From an uncultured bacterium (GTDB lineage Bacteria; Edwardsbacteria; AC1; EtOH8), in NCBI GenBank assembly GCA_963780225.1, contig CAWAAX010000009.1, positions 1 to 64,000 of the forward strand: a stretch of 64,000 nt of DNA. Reading direction: 5' to 3'. Shown here piece by piece: positions 20,452-28,397 of the stretch (positions are counted from its first letter, which is position 1; every line of letters begins with the position of its first letter). Below the pieces are notes generated by a model. That model searched no databases. It saw only the letters and a list, made by a program, of their open reading frames with translations, and had not been told where the DNA came from. The position numbers and the translations under genes were made by a program.

Positions 20452-21485
20452 GAAGCATCAAGGCCAGCGAGATCGCCGCCCTGTGCCAGGGACGCCTGGC
20501 GGGCCCCGACCTGGAGCTGAAAGGGCTGTCCGGCTTAAAGGAGGCCCAGCCCGGGTTCTTGAGTTTTTTATCCAATCCCAAATATGCCGCCGCGCTACCC
20601 GAGACCAAGGCTTCCTGCATCATCGTACCCCCGGGCACAGAAGTGAGTGGCAAGACCGTCATTGAATGCCGGGATCCCTATCTGGGCTTCGCCAAGGCCG
20701 CCCAGCTTTTCTACCGGGAATCAAATCCCAGGCCCAAGCCCGGCATCCATCCGGCCGCAGTGGTCTCTGACAGCGCCAGGATAGATCCTTCCGCCACGGT
20801 CGGGCCTTATATAGTGATCGAGGCCGGGGCTGAAATCGGTCCCAATACCGTATTGATGGGGCCGGGTTTCATCGGCGCCCGGGCCAAGCTGGGCAGCGAC
20901 TGCCTGATATACCCCAACGTCTCGATCCGGGAAGAGTGCCTTTTGGGCAATGGGGTCATCATCCACTGCGGAGCGGTGGTGGGCTCCGACGGGTTCGGAT
21001 ACGCCCGGGAGGGCGCCAGATACGTCAAGATCCCTCAGACCGGGATAGTCATTTTGGAAGATGACGTCGAGATCGGGGCCAACTCCACCATCGACCGGGG
21101 GGCGTTAGGGCCCACCCGCATCAAGCGGGGAACCAAGCTGGACAACCTGGTGCATATCGCCCACAACGTGGAAATAGGCGAGGACGGGGCCATCGCGGCC
21201 CTGAGCGGCATCGCCGGCTCCACCATCATCGGCGACCGGCTGATCATGGGCGGCAAGGTGGGGGTGATCGGGCACCTGGAGATCGGGGACGACGTGATCT
21301 GTCTGGCCTATTCCGGGGTGACCAAGTCCACTCCCTCCAAAACCATGCTTTACGGCAACCCGGGCCGGCCCCACATGAGGGGCAAGCGGATCGACGCCGC
21401 GGTGGACATGCTGCCGGAGAAGATGAAGGTGATAAGCGACCTGGAGAAAAGGGTGGCCGAGCTGGAGGAGAAGCTAAAAGGATAA
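20448..21485 (+). CDS. lpxD: UDP-3-O-acylglucosamine N-acyltransferase LpxD
   Basis: SFLSNPKY, DPYLGFA, hexapeptide repeats, GSDGFGY, KIPQTG, IDRGA, DNLVHIAHN. Confidence 0.96.
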   Translation: MRSIKASEIAALCQGRLAGPDLELKGLSGLKEAQPGFLSFLSNPKYAAALPETKASCIIVPPGTEVSGKTVIECRDPYLGFAKAAQLFYRESNPRPKPGIHPAAVVSDSARIDPSATVGPYIVIEAGAEIGPNTVLMGPGFIGARAKLGSDCLIYPNVSIREECLLGNGVIIHCGAVVGSDGFGYAREGARYVKIPQTGIVILEDDVEIGANSTIDRGALGPTRIKRGTKLDNLVHIAHNVEIGEDGAIAALSGIAGSTIIGDRLIMGGKVGVIGHLEIGDDVICLAYSGVTKSTPSKTMLYGNPGRPHMRGKRIDAAVDMLPEKMKVISDLEKRVAELEEKLKG

Positions 21486-21488
21486 TTC

Positions 21489-21565
21489 GGGACGCGGACT
21501 TCGACAGGACTTCGGCGTGAGCTCAGTCGAACGCTCAGTCGAACGATTTACGCAGATTTTACGGA
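21489..21565. repeat. 9-bp-period element with a doubly nested CTTCG..GCTCAG REP-like insert
   Basis: GGACGCGGA[CTTCGACAG{GACTTCGGCGTGAGCTCAGTCGAAC}GCTCAGTCGAACGA]TTTACGCAGATTTTACGGA. Confidence 0.75.
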
Positions 21566-21647
21566 CTCAATATTTCCAGCCATGGCAGAAGACCATAAAA
21601 CGATTAAGCCCCTTGCATAACAAGCAGGGGGCTTCTTTATCAGGACC

Positions 21648-21694
21648 TTGACAAAGCGGATGATTGCGAGTATAATTAGCATATGCCAATAATA
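21648..21694 (+). promoter_or_regulatory. Consensus sigma70 promoter with overlapping 24-bp palindromic operator candidate
   Basis: TTGACA-17-TATAAT; TATAATTAGCAT|ATGCCAATAATA (10/12 symmetric). Confidence 0.75.
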
Positions 21695-21708
21695 TATATG
21701 GAGCCGAA

Positions 21709-22023
21709 ATGCCCAGACCTTGCAAATGCCGGAGAGTGAGATGCCGGCCCGAAGCTTTGTACTTCAAGCCCCGGGCCGTCCCCCTTTCGATGCTGGAAGA
21801 AGTTGTTTTGACGATAGACGAGTTGGAGTCAATGCGCCTGGCCGACCTGGAGGGCCTCTATCAGGAGGAAGCGGCCGGGAAGATGATGATCTCACGGCAG
21901 ACCTTCGGCAACATCATAGCCAGGGCCCACAAAAAAGTGGCCGACGCCCTGGTCAATTCAAAGGCCCTGAAGATCGAGAGCGGGGCCGTCAAGACTGTAA
22001 AATCAATTAAAAAGGGGGAATAA
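21709..22023 (+). CDS. DUF134 (UPF0251) predicted DNA-binding protein
   Basis: MPRPCKCRRV, FKP, ELESMRLADLEGLYQEEAA, ISRQTF, ARAHKKVADALV. Confidence 0.92.
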   Translation: MPRPCKCRRVRCRPEALYFKPRAVPLSMLEEVVLTIDELESMRLADLEGLYQEEAAGKMMISRQTFGNIIARAHKKVADALVNSKALKIESGAVKTVKSIKKGE

Positions 22024-22025
22024 AC

Positions 22026-22391
22026 ATGAAACTCTGCATTCCAACCATGGCCGACCAGGGGCTTAAATCAACGGTCAGCCCGCATTTCGGGGGCGCGCCG
22101 TATTTCATCATCGTTGATACTGACAACAATGCGGTGGAAGCGGTCCAGAACCAGAACGAACATCACGCCCACGGGATGTGCCATCCCCTGAAATCCCTGA
22201 ACGGAAAGCTGATAGACGCGGTGATCTGCTCGGGCATCGGGGCTGGGGCGCTGAACAAGCTCAACCAGGCCGGGATCAAGGTCTACAAGATCAACGGGGA
22301 GACGGTGGAGGAGCTGGTGAATAACTTTAAGAGCAACAAGCTGGAAGAGATGAAGCTGGACCAGGTCTGCCAAAGCCACGACTGCCACTAG
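22026..22391 (+). CDS. NifB/NifX-family (FeMo-co binding-like) protein
   Basis: VSPHFGGAPYF, HHAHGMC, VICSGIGAGA, AGIKVY. Confidence 0.9.
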   Translation: MKLCIPTMADQGLKSTVSPHFGGAPYFIIVDTDNNAVEAVQNQNEHHAHGMCHPLKSLNGKLIDAVICSGIGAGALNKLNQAGIKVYKINGETVEELVNNFKSNKLEEMKLDQVCQSHDCH

Positions 22392-22395
22392 GGAA

Positions 22396-22470
22396 AAATA
22401 AAATAGCCCAGGCCTTCCGACTACGTTTTATAACTACGTCGGATTAATAAGGCCTGGGCTATTTTATTTT
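22396..22470. terminator. Bidirectional terminator whose loop holds a second palindrome
   Basis: AAATAAAATAGCCCAGGCCT...AGGCCTGGGCTATTTTATTT between convergent genes; loop TCCGACTACG..CTACGTCGGA. Confidence 0.75.
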
Positions 22471-22477
22471 CATCCGA

Positions 22478-24631
22478 TCACTCCGGGCTGTCCAGCGAGC
22501 CCTTGTCCAGTTGTTCAAAATTGTAATCCTTGCCCTGCAGGTTCAGGTCCTGCATCTTATGAATGTTGCACATCTGGGTAGGGACATTGGCGGTAACATA
22601 GACCTCGGGACGAACCTTGGGACAGGCCGGGGTGGCCAGCAGACCGGTCTCGGTGCAGACTGTGGCGTTGCTTATGCCCGGCGGCACCGGAAAATCGGCC
22701 CCCGATGAATTGGCAGTGGCCAGCTTCATGAACTCGGTCCAGATGGGCAGGGCTATTCCGGCCCCGGTGGCCCCCTCGTAGACCATCTTCTTCTGGTCGA
22801 AGCCTACCCAGACCCCGCAGACCAGGTCCGGGGTGTAGCCTATGAACCAGGTGTCGGTGTAATCGTTGGTGGTGCCGGTCTTGCCGCCGGCCGGCTTGGT
22901 GAAGCCGGAAAGCCTGGCGGAGTAGGCGGTGCCGCCGTCCAGCACGGTCTTCATCATGTTGGCCATGATGTAGGCGGTCTGGGGAGAAAGCACTTCCTCG
23001 GCGTAGGGCTTGTTTTCCTCGATGGTGGCTCCGGAGCGGTCGGTGATCTTCAATATCAGCAGCGGCTCCACCCGCACTCCGCGGTTGGCGAAGACTCCGT
23101 AAGCGCTGACCATGTCGTACAGGGTGACGTCGGCCGAGCCCAGGGCTAAAGACAGCACCGCCGGCAGGGAGGTCTTGATGCCCATCTTGCGGGCATAGCT
23201 GATGACGTTGGTGGGACCGACGTTCTGGATCAGCTTGACCGCTATCAGGTTCTTGGAAAGGGCCAGGGCTTTGCGCAGGGAGATGGGGCCGTCGAACTTT
23301 CCGTCGTAATTGCTGGGATACCAGGCATTGCCCGAACCGTCGTCATCCACCACTATCGGGGCGTCCACGATCACGTCGCCGGGGGAAAAACCGTTGTCCA
23401 CAGCCGCGGTATAGACGAAGGGTTTGAAGGCCGAGCCGGCCTGGCGCTTGGCCTGGACCGCCCGGTTGAACTTGCTGACCAAAAAGTCCCGGCCGCCGAT
23501 CATGGCCAGCACCCGGCCGTTGTGGGGGTTGATGGCCATCAGGGCCGTCTGGAGATAGGGGGTGTTGGTCACGCCCTCTTCGCTGACCGGCGCCTTGTAT
23601 TCCCGGCGGCTGGGCTTGAACTTGCGGGTCTCCTCCAGCTTCTGCATCCAGTCTTCCGAGGTTTTGTTGGCCATCCGCTGGACCTCCAGGTCCAAAGTGG
23701 AATAGACCACCATCCTTCCCTGGTAGATGGCGTTGGCCCCGTATTTGGCCTCCAGGTACTTGCGGATCTCCTCCACAAAATAGGGGGCGTCGTTCAGCCG
23801 CAGTTCTTTTGGCTTCAGCTTAAGGGTTTCATGGGCGGCGGCCTCGGCCTGGGGTCTTTTAATAGCGCCGGTCTGAATCATGGCCTCCAGCACCGTGGCC
23901 CGCCGCTTGACGGCGGATTCCGGACGGTCATAGGGCGAGTAAAGGGTTGGTCCCTTGGGCAGTCCGGCCAGCAGGGCGGCCTCGGACAGGCTCAGGCTGT
24001 CCACGTGCTTGCCAAAATACAGCTGGGCCGCGGTCTCGGCCCCGTAGGCCCCGTTGCCGTAATATATCTGGTTGAAATAAAGCTCCAGGATCTCATCCTT
24101 GGAGAACAGCCGCTCGATCTTCAGGGCCAGAATGGCTTCGGCGATCTTGCGGGAGATGGTACGGTCCTGGGTCAAAAACAGGTTGCGGGCCAGTTGCTGG
24201 GTGATGGTGGAGGCCCCCCGCAGCCGCTTGCTCCGGCGCAACACATAATCCTTTAAGGCCGCGGCGTAGCCGAACATGTCCACCCCCCAGTGCCGCCGGA
24301 AGCTCCGGTCCTCGATGGCGATAGTGGCGTCCACCAGTATTTTGGGGATCCGGGCCAGGGGCACCACAATCCGGTGCTCTTCGGCGAACTCGTAAATCAG
24401 CTGTTCCCTGGCGTCGAAGACCTTGGTGCCCTGCTTGGGCTGGATGTCCTCCAGGGCCTTGGTGGAGGGCAGGGTGCGGGAATAGAAGACAAAGGCCCCG
24501 GCCCCAAGCCCCAGGAAGAAGAAAAGGGCCAAGCCGGCCCAAAATGCCAGCCTGGTGGCAGTGTGGGCAAACTTGCCGGAGGTCTTTCGGGCGTGGAAGA
24601 ATTCCTTTGTTCTGAATAAAAAACCGGACAT
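22478..24631 (-). CDS. mrcA: Class A penicillin-binding protein (PBP1A family)
   Basis: TM anchor, AIEDRSF, GASTITQQLARN, RKIAE, SAFK, SKN and KTGT motifs. Confidence 0.93.
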   Translation of the reverse strand: MSGFLFRTKEFFHARKTSGKFAHTATRLAFWAGLALFFFLGLGAGAFVFYSRTLPSTKALEDIQPKQGTKVFDAREQLIYEFAEEHRIVVPLARIPKILVDATIAIEDRSFRRHWGVDMFGYAAALKDYVLRRSKRLRGASTITQQLARNLFLTQDRTISRKIAEAILALKIERLFSKDEILELYFNQIYYGNGAYGAETAAQLYFGKHVDSLSLSEAALLAGLPKGPTLYSPYDRPESAVKRRATVLEAMIQTGAIKRPQAEAAAHETLKLKPKELRLNDAPYFVEEIRKYLEAKYGANAIYQGRMVVYSTLDLEVQRMANKTSEDWMQKLEETRKFKPSRREYKAPVSEEGVTNTPYLQTALMAINPHNGRVLAMIGGRDFLVSKFNRAVQAKRQAGSAFKPFVYTAAVDNGFSPGDVIVDAPIVVDDDGSGNAWYPSNYDGKFDGPISLRKALALSKNLIAVKLIQNVGPTNVISYARKMGIKTSLPAVLSLALGSADVTLYDMVSAYGVFANRGVRVEPLLILKITDRSGATIEENKPYAEEVLSPQTAYIMANMMKTVLDGGTAYSARLSGFTKPAGGKTGTTNDYTDTWFIGYTPDLVCGVWVGFDQKKMVYEGATGAGIALPIWTEFMKLATANSSGADFPVPPGISNATVCTETGLLATPACPKVRPEVYVTANVPTQMCNIHKMQDLNLQGKDYNFEQLDKGSLDSPE

Positions 24632-24679
24632 AGTATTTAGTTACCTTTATTGGAGTTATTTCGTGAGTAAACTTGTATT

Positions 24680-24876
24680 ATTGCCACGACCTTAAGGTCG
24701 TGGCTTGGGTGTTGTACTGATATATTATTTGGGCTTTAGCCGAAACAAACAGGTTATCAAATCTTTCCAAGGGGCTTGAGCCCGGTTTTCATTTTGAAAT
24801 ATCGCTTATTCCTCTGCGGCTAAAGCCGGACGGGTTTTCTTCTTCTTATTGGTCCACGGCCTTAAGGCCGTGGCAA
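24680..24876. mobile_element. Non-autonomous composite palindromic element (REPIN/MITE-like), copy 2
   Basis: TTGCCACGACC-ttaa-GGTCGTGGC ... GGGCTTTAGCCG ... CGGCTAAAGCC ... CCACGGCC-ttaa-GGCCGTGGCAA. Confidence 0.7.
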
Positions 24877-24993
24877 AAGTAGATACTCGCTTAATTCTAC
24901 CTTTAAATAATTGGTTAGTCAAGGGAAAAAGGCAAGAAGAACGGATAAGAGGAATGGACAAAAAGACAACAAAATAATATTCAGGACACTATC

Positions 24994-25022
24994 TTGACAA
25001 CCCAATATAAATAGGATACAAT
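24994..25022 (+). promoter_or_regulatory. Sigma70-type promoter
   Basis: TTGACA-17-TACAAT. Confidence 0.7.
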
Positions 25023-25061
25023 GAAAAAGTTATCGTTTCACCTTTAATAAGGAGACCATCC

Positions 25062-28000
25062 ATGAAACGTCTACGTCTATCGGTTCTTTTGGCGCTGGCG
25101 GTATTCGCCGCCCAGGCGCTGGCGGCTCCAACTTTGCCCCAATTACCGGCAGCCCCGAACCTGCCTAAGCTACAGGTACCGCCTGTGCAGCAGCAGGGCA
25201 AAAGGGACGCGCATAAAATGCCAATTCATGCCGATAAACGCCAGAGACCGGCCCAGCCCCAGCGGCCGGTTCTTTCGGCCAAGGCCGCTTCGGCCATCAC
25301 TGTCCCGGCGGTGAAAGGCGTAGTAGCGCCGGAATTCAAAATGAACACCGATTCCATGCCTTCCAACCTTTCCCGCGACTACCCGGCGGCGGCCATGCAG
25401 GATGACGGAACCATCATCAGCGTTTGGGCCGACTACCGGAACGGAAGCCAGAACGTCTTTTTTCAGCGCTTTACCCAGCTGGGAACGCCAGTTGGCGGAC
25501 CGGTGGCGGTGGATTCCCGCCCCATTGACTCCTACCAATATTCGCCTTCCATTGCAGTAGGCTTAAATGGGACTTTTGCCGTTGCTTGGGTGGATTATCG
25601 GGGCGGCAGTTATTATCACATATACTGCCGTCTGTTCGATGCCTCAGGGAATCCGATGGACACAACCTTTATGGTTGACGATTATTACGACGCAACCCAT
25701 GAGTACCCGTCAATTGCCACCACCGACAGCGGATTTGCAGTGGTTTGGTACGACTACCGCAACGGCGATTCGGACATTTATCTTCAATTGCTGGATACTT
25801 TGGGCGGCCTGAAAGGGGCCAATGTCATGGTCAACGGAATCACCACCGACTATCAGTATTACCCCAATGTGGCCAAGACCGGGCAGGGTTTTGTGGTGAC
25901 CTGGTGGGACCAACGGAGCGGAAATCAGGAAATCTACGCCCGGCGCTATGACACCAACGGCGGCACCATCGGGCCGGAGTTCGTGGTCAACGATAATACC
26001 GGCTATTACAGATATGAACCCAAAACCTGCGGCACCGACAGCGGCTTTGCCATTGCCTGGTACGATTACGCCAACGGTTCTAATTACCAAATATATGTCC
26101 AACGTTACGACACCGCCGGTGCGGCCGTGGGAGCCAATTATCAGGTGACCGGCGGCAGTACGGATGCTTATACTCCCACCATAGCCCACCGCAACGGCCA
26201 AACAGTGATAACCTGGTATGATTATAGCAATGGCGTTAACTGGGATGTCTTTGCCCAATGGTTTAAACCCAACGGCGATACCCTGGGCGGCCCGGTGTTG
26301 CTTAGCGACGACATCACGGTCTATTACCAACATTCTCCCAAGGCCGTGGCCGGCGACAGCGGCTGGGCTTTTATATGGATGGATGAGCGAAATTCCGGCG
26401 TGCGGCTAGCGTACGGCCAGAACTACGATACTACCCTGGCGGTCATAGGCGTCAACTACATGGCCTGCGACAGCGTTTATGGTATGCAGGACCAATATGA
26501 TCCCTCGGTGGCGGCCGGAAAGGACGGCAATTTTCTGACAGTTTGGTACGACTACCGTTTTGATGATGGCAGTTGGAACATCTGCGACATCTACGGCCGA
26601 TTGTACGACCAGGACGGCGTGGCCCTGACCCAGGATTTCCTGATCTCCGACACCACCTATAATCCTGATTATCGCTATGCCTATGAGCCCAAGGCGGCCG
26701 GGCTGGCCGACGGTTCCTACATGGTTGCCTGGTACGATTACCGCAGCGACAACGATTACGACATCTACGGCCAGCGGGTGAGCGCAGCCGGGAGCCTGGT
26801 GGACGCCAATTACCTGATCTCCATCGACAATCCGGATGCCGACGATTGTGAGTTGTATATTACTGCAGCCGACAGCGGGTATGGCGTATTCTGGTATGGC
26901 TATAAATACAGCAATTCGGACATCTTCGGGCGTTTGTACAAAACCAATGGCGACAGCATTGGAGGCACCCTGGTGATGACCGACACCATAAACTACAATG
27001 ATGCTTATTATCCCAGCGCAGCCGCCAACGACAGCGGATTGGTGGTGGTCTGGGAGGATTACAAGGACGGCAACAATTATTACTACATCTACGGTCAGCG
27101 GGTACTGTGGGATGGCAGCTTGTACGGAGGTAATTTTTTAATCGGCGATAGTTTAGATATCCACCAGTGGGAGCCATCCATCGCCGGAACCAACCAAGGC
27201 TTCATGGTTACCTGGTACGACTACCGGGACGGCAACGATGCCGTTTACGGTCAGTATCTGGATGCGGTTGGTCAAAAGGTGGATGCCAACTTTGCCATCA
27301 GCGACGACCCCAGCCTTTATCACTATGAACCGTCGGTGGCGGTTTCTCCGGACGGTAACCGTTACGCGGTATTCTGGTATACATATATCGGCAGCCATGA
27401 TGTGCTGTTGAGCCAGCGCTACCAGAATGGTCTGGCCCAGGGCGGCAACGAGACGGTGGTAGATACGACAACCTGGAACTGGATGTATGTCTGGGGCGCC
27501 CAGAATATAGCGGCCACCGAGGACCGGCTGTTCTTCACCTGGTACGGCCAGAACGGCTATACCGGCTCCGATGTCTTCGGCAAGGTTACCGATTGGTATG
27601 CCATTGCTTTGCCGCCGGTGGTGTTGGTGGATTCCCTGCCGGACGACATAGATTCGGCCTACGGACCGTACACCGTCAATGCGGTGATCACCGATGACGG
27701 GAGTGTGGACCAGGCGATCCTGTATTACCAGATTAACGGCGGAGCCTGGGATACACTGAGCATGACTGCCGGAACTTCGGACAGCTTCAGTGCCGTTATT
27801 CCGGAGCAGTTTCTTTCATTATACGACACGGTCAATATCAGCTATTATGTCTGGGCCATGGACGACGCCAAGAACTTCATCAGCTCACCGGCCAGGACAT
27901 TTTTGCTTACAAATTCGCCGACCGGCGTGGCCGGTGGACCGGATGGCGTGGTGCCGTCAGTCTATGCCTTGGGCAACGCCTATCCCAATCCGTCCCGCGG

Positions 28001-28220
28001 ACAAACTGCCTTCAAATACCAACTGCCCAAGGCTTCCCAGGTCAGCCTTAAGATTTACAATATAGTAGGGCAGGAGGTCAAGCGGTTCGATCTTGGGGCC
28101 AAACCGGCTGGTTATCATCAGGTCAGCTGGAACGACCGTAATGTATCGGCCGGAGTGTACTTCTATAGACTTCAGGCCGGCGACTTTAGTTCCACCAAGA
28201 AGATGATGATAGTCAAGTAA
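25062..28220 (+). CDS. Secreted protein with ~14 WxDYR repeats (probable double beta-propeller), Ig-like domain and FlgD/T9SS-type C-terminal domain
   Basis: Signal peptide; repeats P.IA...F.V.W.DYR.G..DIY.Q; C-terminus LGNAYPNP...LKIYNIVGQEV...SAGVYFYRLQAG...KKMMIVK. Confidence 0.85.
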   Translation: MKRLRLSVLLALAVFAAQALAAPTLPQLPAAPNLPKLQVPPVQQQGKRDAHKMPIHADKRQRPAQPQRPVLSAKAASAITVPAVKGVVAPEFKMNTDSMPSNLSRDYPAAAMQDDGTIISVWADYRNGSQNVFFQRFTQLGTPVGGPVAVDSRPIDSYQYSPSIAVGLNGTFAVAWVDYRGGSYYHIYCRLFDASGNPMDTTFMVDDYYDATHEYPSIATTDSGFAVVWYDYRNGDSDIYLQLLDTLGGLKGANVMVNGITTDYQYYPNVAKTGQGFVVTWWDQRSGNQEIYARRYDTNGGTIGPEFVVNDNTGYYRYEPKTCGTDSGFAIAWYDYANGSNYQIYVQRYDTAGAAVGANYQVTGGSTDAYTPTIAHRNGQTVITWYDYSNGVNWDVFAQWFKPNGDTLGGPVLLSDDITVYYQHSPKAVAGDSGWAFIWMDERNSGVRLAYGQNYDTTLAVIGVNYMACDSVYGMQDQYDPSVAAGKDGNFLTVWYDYRFDDGSWNICDIYGRLYDQDGVALTQDFLISDTTYNPDYRYAYEPKAAGLADGSYMVAWYDYRSDNDYDIYGQRVSAAGSLVDANYLISIDNPDADDCELYITAADSGYGVFWYGYKYSNSDIFGRLYKTNGDSIGGTLVMTDTINYNDAYYPSAAANDSGLVVVWEDYKDGNNYYYIYGQRVLWDGSLYGGNFLIGDSLDIHQWEPSIAGTNQGFMVTWYDYRDGNDAVYGQYLDAVGQKVDANFAISDDPSLYHYEPSVAVSPDGNRYAVFWYTYIGSHDVLLSQRYQNGLAQGGNETVVDTTTWNWMYVWGAQNIAATEDRLFFTWYGQNGYTGSDVFGKVTDWYAIALPPVVLVDSLPDDIDSAYGPYTVNAVITDDGSVDQAILYYQINGGAWDTLSMTAGTSDSFSAVIPEQFLSLYDTVNISYYVWAMDDAKNFISSPARTFLLTNSPTGVAGGPDGVVPSVYALGNAYPNPSRGQTAFKYQLPKASQVSLKIYNIVGQEVKRFDLGAKPAGYHQVSWNDRNVSAGVYFYRLQAGDFSSTKKMMIVK

Positions 28221-28236
28221 ATATCAGTTCAGCAAC

Positions 28237-28265
28237 AAAAGGCCGCCCTTTGGGGCGGCTTTTTT
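28237..28265 (+). terminator. Intrinsic terminator
   Basis: GGCCGCCC-tttg-GGGCGGCT followed by TTTTT. Confidence 0.8.
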
Positions 28266-28302
28266 GTAATATCCAAAACCCTAAAAAACCTGCTTAATTT
28301 AA

Positions 28303-28338
28303 TTGACAAGGGAAGGTGATATTGGTAAAATACCAATA
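28303..28338 (+). promoter_or_regulatory. Promoter with perfect inverted repeat over the -10
   Basis: TTGACA-17-TAAAAT; TATTGGTA-aaa-TACCAATA at 28320-28338. Confidence 0.7.
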
Positions 28339-28397
28339 ATCAATAATCCTGACGTTGCCCCAAAATAGCATTAACGCTTCTATAAAAGGGGAACATT

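Noticed and set aside
21709..22391. Nitrogen fixation genes
   Set aside because: NifX-like/DUF134 pairs are common in non-diazotrophic anaerobes, and there is no nifHDK here.
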